Source of the DNA: Pseudomonadota bacterium | GTDB taxonomy: Bacteria > UBA10199 > 2-02-FULL-44-16 > JAAZCA01 | Length of the DNA: 11,860 bases | Assembly: GCA_043822785.1 (NCBI GenBank) | Contig: JBDRBN010000053.1 | Span: 1-11,860 of the forward strand | Reading direction: 5' to 3' | Part shown: positions 1 to 7,584 of the stretch, piece after piece | Layout of the letters: each line of letters starts with the position of its first letter | Position numbering within the stretch: the stretch's first letter is position 1 | Notes under the pieces: model-generated | Database searches by the model: none | Told to the model about the DNA's origin: nothing | What the model saw: the letters and a program-made list of their open reading frames with translations, nothing else | Made by a program: the position numbers and the translations under genes

Positions 1-158
1 TCCTGCATCACCTTTAACCTATTGTTTTCCTTCATCGTCAGTAGCATCCCTTCCACCTCCTACGTTTACCCCATAGAAGGTATTATCTACTGACATTTTC
101 CCTTGGGCAATTACCCTGACATTATCGCTTGGGTACCACATGTCGTCGTCCAACCAAA

Positions 159-1157
159 TTAAGTTTTTTCCCCTTCTCTCAAATACTGCGAAAACAGATT
201 CTTCGTGAGATGCGTGACGAATGGGCTCACGTCCTTCCAATCGAGGCGCGCATCCGCGAGGGCGTTTGCCCCTTCCCTCTTTATGTCCTGACCCATGCGT
301 TTCATCACTTCACCCAGGGATTTGATGTCGATCGGGATCCCATTCTCGCGGAGCTGATCGAGTACGTGATTAAGGCGCATGGGTGTGACAAACTCGTGGG
401 CGAACTCCTTTGCCCCAGGGATCACGGGCCTTTCCTTTGGCGGCGTCCTCGGATGGCTTGCGGCAGATGCACGCTCAGCCCACCTGCCGACCTTGTACTT
501 CGCCATGATCGGGTTACCTTTGACATCCCACTGCATCTCAGTAGGCCTTATGACAATACCTTCGATCGTATTTTCAGCATCAACAATCCCGTTCTCTTCC
601 CCCACGCGCGACATGGTGTCGATGAGCGAATTGAATACCTCTCCATCTGGCCTCCCGCGAAAAAGCACGGGCATGGTCTTTAAGCCCACCTTCGCAGCCC
701 ATACCAGGACCTCATCCTGCGAGAGGTATTTGCCATCAAGTCTTACGTCGAACACGCGGAAGTCATTGCCCTTTATGTAGCAAATACCCTTCTGTATCTG
801 CGGCCATCCCTTTGATGGAGTCCCGCTGCCGTGCCACTCGCCAAAGAGGATCACGTCGTGACCGATAAATGCAGTTTTGATCTTTTTATCGAGCCCCGTC
901 GCAAGCATCCACGAAATAAACCCCTGCCCTTCCTTACTCTCAGGCCGGATATCGTTAAATTCGAGTTTACGGCCGCCGTACCTTAGATGGCCATCGATAA
1001 GGCCGATTCGCATCGCGCTCCCATGCACCTTCTCTGTCACGATGACCTCGGGCAGCTCGAATATTGCCGGCACCTCATCGATGTTCTCTATGTGCGGATA
1101 TTTTGTGAATTTGTCGGGGGTCATGGGCATTTCCTTTTCGGTACTTACTGCAGGCAA
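159..1157 (-). CDS. ATP-dependent RNA ligase, Rnl2 (T4 RNA ligase 2-like) family
   Basis: Nucleotidyltransferase motifs in order: TEKVHGS (I, adenylated Lys), LFGEW (III), FRVFDV (IIIa), EGIVIRP (IV), AKYK (V). C-terminal FVTPMRLNHVL resembles the Rnl2 C-domain. The TTG start at 1157 has AAAGGAG upstream; ATGs at 1130 and 1124 are alternatives. Confidence 0.85.
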   Translation of the reverse strand: MPAVSTEKEMPMTPDKFTKYPHIENIDEVPAIFELPEVIVTEKVHGSAMRIGLIDGHLRYGGRKLEFNDIRPESKEGQGFISWMLATGLDKKIKTAFIGHDVILFGEWHGSGTPSKGWPQIQKGICYIKGNDFRVFDVRLDGKYLSQDEVLVWAAKVGLKTMPVLFRGRPDGEVFNSLIDTMSRVGEENGIVDAENTIEGIVIRPTEMQWDVKGNPIMAKYKVGRWAERASAASHPRTPPKERPVIPGAKEFAHEFVTPMRLNHVLDQLRENGIPIDIKSLGEVMKRMGQDIKREGANALADARLDWKDVSPFVTHLTKNLFSQYLREGEKT

Positions 1158-1268
1158 TAAAGGCTCCTTTATCGTATTATTTGCAAGATAAAGCTTATTT
1201 CTCCCTGCACAACAATATCAGACGGTCTGAACTTATAATATTGAAATTCTACCTGGCGCCTTTGTTTC

Positions 1269-1324
1269 TAGGGGCTGCTGCAGACGTTTCTGGTCAAAGA
1301 CGTGACCGAAGATGCAGATGGAGC
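1269..1324 (-). repeat. Diverged third copy of the aclA 3'-end segment (att-like)
   Basis: 51/56 identity to 5704-5759 and 2180-2235. Read in the aclA frame it gives SICIFGHVFDQKRLQQPL versus SIGIFGHVFDQKRLQQPL. It ends at the same ...GATGGAGC boundary as the other copies. Confidence 0.9.
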
Positions 1325-1379
1325 AGCAGGCCACGAAAACTTCTTGATTTCAATATGTTGCTTCGCCATTATCTTGACA

Positions 1380-1766
1380 ATGATGGAAGCGACCGTAAGA
1401 CAATGGCTTGAGCAAGCTCAATACGATCTGGGCACGTCGCGGGCATTGTTCAAAGCACGCAAGTACCTTTATGCCGCATTCATGTGCCAGCAGGCCGTCG
1501 AGAAAGCGATCAAGGCTATCCTTGCAAACCGGGAAAAGGAAATCCCGCTGACTCACAACCTTAGAAAACTTGCGGCCGTCGCCGGTATAGAACATGAACT
1601 CGGCGCTGACCGACTCGATTTTCTGGAGAGACTTACTCCTTTTGCAATCAAGGCCCGCTACGGTTCCTACAAGAAACGACTGTCGGAAATCTGTGATCGA
1701 AAGACAGCTCAGGACTATCTTCACAAAACCGAAGGACTTATAAAATGGCTCAGAAAAAAAATATAA
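1380..1766 (+). CDS. HEPN domain protein (HEPN-MNT module)
   Basis: W..QA.YDL, CQQAVEKAIKA, THNL and ARY motifs of the small HEPN family paired with MNTs. Start placed at ATG 1380/1383 because the longer ORF from 1302 runs through the aclA repeat copy. Confidence 0.88.
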   Translation: MMEATVRQWLEQAQYDLGTSRALFKARKYLYAAFMCQQAVEKAIKAILANREKEIPLTHNLRKLAAVAGIEHELGADRLDFLERLTPFAIKARYGSYKKRLSEICDRKTAQDYLHKTEGLIKWLRKKI

Positions 1767-2077
1767 AGGAGATCGTCGATCGTTTTGCCAGCCTGCTGGC
1801 CAAAGAGATCCATCTGCAAGAGATCATCCTCTTCGGCTCCTATGCAAGCGGCAGGGCTCACAAAGACAGCGATATAGACCTCGCGGTGGTCTCGCCGGAC
1901 TTTGGCCAACGCAATGAGATGGAGGAGATGACTTATCTTTTGAAGAGGGCACATGAGATAGATCTCGATATCGAGGCGCATCCCTTTAATCCGCGCGAAC
2001 TGAAGAGCCCACATAAGAGTTCATTTGCTTACGAAATCCTGCGGAATGGAAAGGTGATGTATAAGAGGGCAGCCTGA
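1745..2077 (+). CDS. Minimal nucleotidyltransferase (MNT), partner of the HEPN protein; putative toxin-antitoxin pair
   Basis: IILFGSYASG...DSDIDLAVV (GS and DxD motif of Pol-beta-like MNTs), 110 aa, overlapping the 3' end of the HEPN gene. Confidence 0.9.
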   Translation: MAQKKNIKEIVDRFASLLAKEIHLQEIILFGSYASGRAHKDSDIDLAVVSPDFGQRNEMEEMTYLLKRAHEIDLDIEAHPFNPRELKSPHKSSFAYEILRNGKVMYKRAA

Positions 2078-2140
2078 ATCGCGCAACCACCGGCGCCTTT
2101 TTTCATGCCCCACGCCTCCTGTTTCCTGCCTCTACTTCAC

Positions 2141-2235
2141 CTCCGTCATATACACGATGTCGTCGTAGGGCACGCGCCATAGAGGCTGTTGCAGACGTTT
2201 CTGGTCAAACACGTGGCCGAAGATGCCGATGGAGC
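2141..2235 (-). repeat. Exact 95-bp direct repeat of the aclA 3' end (att-like; displaced gene end)
   Basis: Base-for-base identical to 5665-5759. It continues in the aclA frame to its own stop (…YMTEVK*, TAG at 2132-2134), whereas aclA ends …YMTEKT*. Confidence 0.97.
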
Positions 2236-2260
2236 CGACGACTACAAGGGGCAACAGTCA

Positions 2261-2296
2261 ATATTTGCGACGCAAATATGACGCATTTACGACGCA
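2261..2296. promoter_or_regulatory. Palindrome plus phased direct repeats; putative protein-binding site
   Basis: ATATTTGCG-A-CGCAAATAT (2261-2279) is a perfect inverted repeat. GACGCA occurs at 2269, 2280 and 2291 (11-bp period). Confidence 0.45.
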
Positions 2297-2474
2297 TTAA
2301 AATATATGGTGAACAATGCAAAACGAGAAACAAAATTAATACTTCTGCATGACTTGGATTGCACCGACTTCACACCGACTTCCGACTTGACAATGCTGTG
2401 TCTTGTCGTAAAAGCGTATATCCGCAACAAATAGAATTATTGTCATATACGGACGTGGGGGAAGAAAGGAAGTC

Positions 2475-5369
2475 ATGACGAACCTTCTCGCCTCATCGCA
2501 TTCCACGCTTACCCCTCCGTTGATCGCTTCCCAGTTTCCCATAGCAGCACAGTCGCTGTTACCGTTTGCAATCATTGAGGCGCAAGCCTTCGCGCTGCAC
2601 GTCCAACCATCCTCTCCGGTGCACGCATGGTTCACGGACATGGATGGCACAATCTTCAATGGAAAAGCACCTCCTGATCCGCACTCTGCCGCAGTCCTCC
2701 ATCATCTTACTCATAATCTGACTGCCTCCAACATCCCGGTCATCTATGTCACGGGACGCTACATCGGAAGTATCAGGAAGGTAATCGCAACATATGGGCT
2801 TCCCACACCCACCTATGTGGCTGCTGCAACCGGCACCATGATCTATGAACGTTTCGGCGATGATTGGAAGGAGGTCAACGCCTATACCGAAGAACTCCGC
2901 TCGCACTGGGTCGAGCGACCGGACGAAATATTCGATGGTATAATGGCGAAGTTAGGTGTTTCGAATTGGCGCCCTCGCTTCCGTGAAGAGCTGCGCCATA
3001 TCTACATTTCTGGCGCTGAAGGGAGAACGTATGAACATCAGCTCCGCATCAATGAACTCCTAATTGAGTCCGGTCTCAACACCGTCAAGGTCGTGGTTAG
3101 CGGGCCTGGAAACGAAGGCTTTTTAAACTACGACTTCGTCCCGGATAACGGCTCCAAGCTCTATGCCGCGCGCTTCATTGCCCAAAAGCTTCTGGGGTTC
3201 AACGACCTCTCGACGATTCTGTTTACGGGCGACAGCGGCAACGACGTCGATCTTCTGCTAGCCGCTGGATTTGCTACCCTTGTCCGCAGCACGGAAGAAG
3301 GACTTAGCGATCTGCTCCGGTCGCAGCGAGCCGACATCCACCTTTCGCCATACGATCGCATCTACGGAGTCCTACATGGCATGATAGCCGCGGGATGCCT
3401 TCGGCTGACACCGGTGTCATCGGCTTTGCAAGAAACGAACTTTCGAGAGGGAGTGACCACGATTCTTGGGGCGGGATGGAACCCCTTGCGGGCGCTGAAC
3501 GCTGCCTACCGCGATTTGTCTGTGATGCAGAGCGTTCTGCGCGCAGCGGCCTCAAATCTCGAAATGGCAAATCGGTTACAGACAAGCGGTGTCCGTCCGA
3601 CGCTAGATCGTCTTGTGAGACCCATGCACGTCTTAGAGAGCTCTGTTGCTTATCCAGCATATGAAGCGGCTTTGCACTTGTTTCAACTTTTGAGAACTGC
3701 TGCGGCACCAGCACGTGAGGGAGCTCATTTGCAGACGGTTTCCGACGTCTTTGCAGCTGCAAACCGTCTCAAGAGCCTTGTGAGCGGGCAGTATGCTCAG
3801 ATAAGTAGGATTGCGGAGGGACTCAAGGTGGTATCGGACTTCTCTCATGAGCCGCTCTCGCAACTCCATGCAGCACTTGGCAAGAAAGGATTCAAAGGCC
3901 CTCTTGAGGAACAGATCAATCAGATAATGACAGGGTTTGAAACGCTCCAAAAAGACTTCTTGAAGCTGGACGAAGCAGATTACAGGATTGTGGTAGAGTC
4001 GTTGCGCCGCGTCAGCACCTCTGTAAGAGATGCCCACGAAACCATGCCACTCGCACAGGCGCTGGCTTTTCAGGGGATTCGCGATTTTGCGAAGGTGGCA
4101 TTTACCGACAATTCAAGGCCAATGATCCTTCCTGCCCCTGTGGCCTGGATCAACGATCCGGTCGGCATCCATGTCAATCGGCAGGATGAGCTCGTCATCT
4201 ATCACCAACTTAACCCGTTTGCGGTTGATCCCAACCGTAGGACCCGCGCCAGCTGGGACCACATGCATTATGGAAAGTACGTGATCGACTTGAAGACGGG
4301 ACATGCCAAGATCATGCCGCCAGTGATGGCACCCATGCCTTCCATGGATGAGGATCATTGTTTCTCAGGATCGCGGTACGTGACCCAAGGCGGCAAAGTG
4401 GGACTCTGGTACACGAGCATTGGCCCGCTAAACGGGTTTCCGGATGCAGCGGTCCAACGGGTAGCTTGGGCGAAAGATCTTGATGAAACCTGGTTCATAC
4501 AGGAGTCCATCCCAGTGTTGACGGAAGACGCGCATCCCGTAGGCCTGAAAATCTATGAATGGCGCGATCCCAAGCTCTTCGATCACGGTGGACAGACCTA
4601 TATGCTCTTGGGTGGAGCATTGCATCCGCGTGTCGATAGGCGTGTAGCCGACACGCTACTTGAGGGTGCGCTCGCATGTACTGTCAATCAAGGGGCGGTG
4701 ATTGCTTTTTACATGGCAACGAACAACACTGCGACTACTTGGAAATATGCAGGTCTCCTCCTCAAAGAACATGACGTAACCCTAATTGAGTGCCCCAATA
4801 TTATTGATATTGAGGGGAAGCAGATGCTCCTTTATTATCCGAACATATTGGGACAGAGGCATTCACTCTACCGTTTGGGACACCTACACGCTGATGCAGG
4901 AACATTTGAAACGGAGGTGACCGGCCTGATTGATCACGGCGATGTGTTTGCTCCGACCCTTTTTGAAGGTCCTGGTGGCCTACCGATGGTCATGGGCTGG
5001 GTCAAGGTGGACCTGTATCGTCGAGATTGGAATGATGCCTTCCTGGAGGGCCGTGGTTGGAGCGGCTGTTTTACCTCGCCGCGCCTCCTTGAAGTGCGTG
5101 ATGGGAAGCTGTGGCAGACCCCGGTGATCCCCGAGGGATTGCGGGGAGCATCTTGGACACAGGAGGAGTTGGTGCTTGATCGCACAACGTTCAACGCTCC
5201 TTTGCAAGGTCGCGCAGCTCGGATACAGGCGACGCTCGCACTAGATGGCGATTGCCGAGAGGCCGGCCTTGCCGTTCGCTGTGACATTGAAGGGCATGGA
5301 GGTGTGAACATCGTCTTTGACGGCCGCGAACTGATGGTGGAAGAGAAACGAGTGCCCATGCAGGCATAA
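2475..5369 (+). CDS. Fusion protein: sucrose-phosphate-phosphatase-like HAD (class IIB) + helical linker + GH32 beta-fructofuranosidase/sucrose-6-phosphate hydrolase; C-terminus cut off by an in-frame stop
   Basis: HAD motifs TDMDGT, VTGR, GSK and GDSGND. GH32 motifs WINDP, CFSGS, WRDP, IECP and WSGCFTSPR. AAAGGAAG ribosome-binding site before the ATG. Confidence 0.88.
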   Translation: MTNLLASSHSTLTPPLIASQFPIAAQSLLPFAIIEAQAFALHVQPSSPVHAWFTDMDGTIFNGKAPPDPHSAAVLHHLTHNLTASNIPVIYVTGRYIGSIRKVIATYGLPTPTYVAAATGTMIYERFGDDWKEVNAYTEELRSHWVERPDEIFDGIMAKLGVSNWRPRFREELRHIYISGAEGRTYEHQLRINELLIESGLNTVKVVVSGPGNEGFLNYDFVPDNGSKLYAARFIAQKLLGFNDLSTILFTGDSGNDVDLLLAAGFATLVRSTEEGLSDLLRSQRADIHLSPYDRIYGVLHGMIAAGCLRLTPVSSALQETNFREGVTTILGAGWNPLRALNAAYRDLSVMQSVLRAAASNLEMANRLQTSGVRPTLDRLVRPMHVLESSVAYPAYEAALHLFQLLRTAAAPAREGAHLQTVSDVFAAANRLKSLVSGQYAQISRIAEGLKVVSDFSHEPLSQLHAALGKKGFKGPLEEQINQIMTGFETLQKDFLKLDEADYRIVVESLRRVSTSVRDAHETMPLAQALAFQGIRDFAKVAFTDNSRPMILPAPVAWINDPVGIHVNRQDELVIYHQLNPFAVDPNRRTRASWDHMHYGKYVIDLKTGHAKIMPPVMAPMPSMDEDHCFSGSRYVTQGGKVGLWYTSIGPLNGFPDAAVQRVAWAKDLDETWFIQESIPVLTEDAHPVGLKIYEWRDPKLFDHGGQTYMLLGGALHPRVDRRVADTLLEGALACTVNQGAVIAFYMATNNTATTWKYAGLLLKEHDVTLIECPNIIDIEGKQMLLYYPNILGQRHSLYRLGHLHADAGTFETEVTGLIDHGDVFAPTLFEGPGGLPMVMGWVKVDLYRRDWNDAFLEGRGWSGCFTSPRLLEVRDGKLWQTPVIPEGLRGASWTQEELVLDRTTFNAPLQGRAARIQATLALDGDCREAGLAVRCDIEGHGGVNIVFDGRELMVEEKRVPMQA

Positions 5370-5573
5370 TCTGTGTCACTAGATATCGTAGTGGACAACT
5401 CGGTGATCGAGGTTTTTGCAAATGGTATTCCTGTTACCCATGTTTACGATCCTCGGGCAGACCATGAGTCCATCAAATTGTTTGCAACCGGCGGCAGGGC
5501 AACATTCAATGCCCTTGAAGTCTGCCTATTGAAACCCGCTCATATCGAGATTGTGGAGAACATCGCACAATGA
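5370..5573 (+). pseudogene. Remainder of the GH32 C-terminal beta-sandwich, separated by the in-frame TAA at 5367-5369
   Basis: Same frame as 2475..5369 and reads SVSLDIVVDNSVIEVFANG, matching the GH32 C-terminal L.I.vD.SsvEvF.N.G signature. Confidence 0.85.
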
Positions 5574-5655
5574 TCACAACATATTTTGCAAATGTGCCTG
5601 GCGAAGCCTTTAACTCTGGAATAACAAGAAAACTTTCTAACGAACGGTTGGACGT

Positions 5656-7506
5656 CTATGTTTTCTCCGTCATATACACGATGTCGTCGTAGGGCACGCG
5701 CCATAGAGGCTGTTGCAGACGTTTCTGGTCAAACACGTGGCCGAAGATGCCGATGGAGCGACCCAGCACGAAGAGCGCGTTGAGGCACCCAAGCTCGATA
5801 ATCTCATCCACTTCTTCTTTTGTGAACAGTTTCGGAAGCGACCAGAGCATATCCACAAACGTTATGCCTATGCATCCATCAACATTTAGAATGAGGCTTC
5901 CTTTTTTCTGAGTAGTAATCGCCTCCACATTGAGCGCATAATCCAAAAGTTTGGATGATGGAAAATTTTCCTTCACATATTGTTTGAGTTGAGTGACCCG
6001 CATGTCAGGATTGGTTACGCTTTTCACCAAGTGGCCAATGCCCGGGATGTTTATGCCCTTCTGTTTCATCTCTTTTACAAACTCATTTGGCGAAAGCCCT
6101 GATTCAAGAGCGCGTTTGAAGTTCTGCGCAGCTCCGTCGATTGCACCTCCAAAACGTGGACCTATAGTGAGAAGGCCCGAGACCAGGCATGAGATGATAT
6201 CCTTGGCAGCGCGCGCAGCCACTATGGCGTTGTGCGCGCCTGATACTGCCGGCCCGTGATCTGCCGTGAGCACGAGCACGTTCTCAAGATACTTGGTGGC
6301 AAATTTTGGAAGCTCGCGCTTAAACCACAAGAGTCCGATCACTCCGCCAATGCCCATGTTATCGGATATGACCTTTGAAATGGGCACGTTTGAATATGTG
6401 AGCTCTTCGCCCTTGTCATTGGATATGGTGCATATGAACTCAGCTGCCTTTCGAATTGCGCCCTCTTTCATTGCGCGCGCATAATCTGCAGGAAACTTCG
6501 GTGCAGGCACATCTGCAGCGGGCTTTATTACGCCATCCTTCACAAGCTTTTCATAAGTCTTTTTCATGACCTCGCCATAATCATCGAATGACTTAGGCAC
6601 AATCGCGCCCGCATTTCTTAATGCCTCGTTCTTTGCGTCTGCGGTTTCAAGCGCAGATTCCGCCCTTGCGCCTGCATGTCCGAACTGAACGCCGGCCGAA
6701 AACATCTTCGAGCATGTGCCGGTCACCCATATCACAAGGGGTTTTTTGATCTTCCCTGCTTTAAGCGCATCAACGATCAGAAGCTCTTCTTTGCCTCCTA
6801 TCTCGCCGAGAGCCGCAATCATTTTTACCTCTGGGATCTTCTCAAAGCGCAGGATGTGATCCAAAAGCGTCGATCCAGGATATGCATCACCGCCTATGGC
6901 TATTCCTTCATAAAGGCCATCGGTCGAACGCGCTATGATGTTATAACATTCATTTGAAAGTCCACCTGACTTAGAGACAAAACCTACGCTGCCCGACCTT
7001 AAGAGTTTGCTCTCAACGATGTTGTCTATTGTGCCCGCAGTATTTCCAATCTTGAAGCAGCCTGCTTTGAGCCCACCCACAGTTGCAGGGCCTATGATCC
7101 ATTTATCTTTTCCCTTGGCATATGCAGCCATCATGCGCGCTTTGCGCTCAGGCACGCCCTCTGCAATCACCGCAACGGTTTTGATCTTGGGATTATCCAG
7201 CGCTTCCATGGTTGTGGGAGATGCGCTGCGCTGGGAAGAAAAATTTACAACCACATCTGCAGACGGATGTTTCTCCGTTGCATCGGAAAGCGTGCGATAC
7301 ATGGGTAAGAGTATTTCTTTTTGTCCAAAGAACACTTTGTGCCAGCCAGTGCGCGAGGGATTTACAATCGCTGCTACAGATGGCTTTTTCCTGCCGCACG
7401 CATAATCAAAATCCAGCATGCGCTGGATGGCATTTTGCTGATAGCCATAAACTATGGCTTCAGTATCCTTAGTAAAGAGTTCAGCAGGGATAATATCTTT
7501 CTCCAT
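5656..7506 (-). CDS. aclA: ATP-citrate lyase subunit A (alpha)
   Basis: IGPATVGG, SKSGGLSNE, FGHAGA (phospho-His), then a citryl-CoA lyase domain with ADHGPAVSGA, PGIGH and LNVDG. Follows aclB. ATG at 7506 preferred over GTG at 7515 because AGGTGGGG lies just upstream. Confidence 0.95.
   Translation of the reverse strand: MEKDIIPAELFTKDTEAIVYGYQQNAIQRMLDFDYACGRKKPSVAAIVNPSRTGWHKVFFGQKEILLPMYRTLSDATEKHPSADVVVNFSSQRSASPTTMEALDNPKIKTVAVIAEGVPERKARMMAAYAKGKDKWIIGPATVGGLKAGCFKIGNTAGTIDNIVESKLLRSGSVGFVSKSGGLSNECYNIIARSTDGLYEGIAIGGDAYPGSTLLDHILRFEKIPEVKMIAALGEIGGKEELLIVDALKAGKIKKPLVIWVTGTCSKMFSAGVQFGHAGARAESALETADAKNEALRNAGAIVPKSFDDYGEVMKKTYEKLVKDGVIKPAADVPAPKFPADYARAMKEGAIRKAAEFICTISNDKGEELTYSNVPISKVISDNMGIGGVIGLLWFKRELPKFATKYLENVLVLTADHGPAVSGAHNAIVAARAAKDIISCLVSGLLTIGPRFGGAIDGAAQNFKRALESGLSPNEFVKEMKQKGINIPGIGHLVKSVTNPDMRVTQLKQYVKENFPSSKLLDYALNVEAITTQKKGSLILNVDGCIGITFVDMLWSLPKLFTKEEVDEIIELGCLNALFVLGRSIGIFGHVFDQKRLQQPLWRVPYDDIVYMTEKT
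5665..5759 (-). repeat. aclA-resident copy of the 95-bp repeat
   Basis: Identical to 2141-2235. Confidence 0.97.
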
Positions 7507-7548
7507 ATTCCCCACCTGTTTATGGTGGGGCTTGGGGTGTTAGATCTA

Positions 7549-7582
7549 CCCTACCCTAACCCTCCCCTTACAAAGGGGAGGG
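7549..7582. repeat. REP-like intergenic hairpin element
   Basis: CCCTACCCTAA followed by a 10-bp perfect stem CCCTCCCCTT-ACA-AAGGGGAGGG (7560-7582). It resembles the widespread CCCTCACCCTAACCCTCTCCC..GGGAGAGGG-type interspersed repeat; only one copy is in the window. Confidence 0.5.
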
Positions 7583-7584
7583 AA

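Larger units (their letters stand above)
1325..2140. mobile_element. Putative inserted cassette (HEPN-MNT) bounded by aclA 3'-end repeats
   Basis: Lies between repeat copies 1269-1324 and 2141-2235. No integrase or transposase inside; mobility is inferred. Confidence 0.5.
2236..5664. mobile_element. Putative inserted cassette or islet (HAD-GH32 gene) integrated at the aclA 3' end
   Basis: Flanked by identical 95-bp direct repeats that correspond to a gene 3' end, the usual attL/attR pattern. No recombinase inside. Confidence 0.6.

Noticed and set aside
19..240. 73-aa minus-strand ORF downstream of the RNA ligase
   Set aside because: It overlaps the ligase by 82 nt and has no recognisable motif. 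The non-overlapping part could be a gene fragment but cannot be supported.
1302..1379. N-terminal extension of the HEPN ORF
   Set aside because: It starts inside the aclA repeat copy and crosses the probable promoter; HEPN similarity begins at ATG 1380/1383.
2475..3400. HAD domain as an RNA 3'-phosphatase (Pnk-like) partner for the RNA ligase
   Set aside because: The motif pattern (DMDGT, VTGR, C2 cap, GDSGND) and fusion to GH32 point to a sugar-phosphate phosphatase.
1269..5759. aclA-end repeats as DGR TR/VR pairs or as a CRISPR array
   Set aside because: They are unrelated to the TR, two copies are identical, and the third differs at non-adenine-specific, mostly synonymous sites. Spacing of 0.9 and 3.5 kb is not CRISPR-like.
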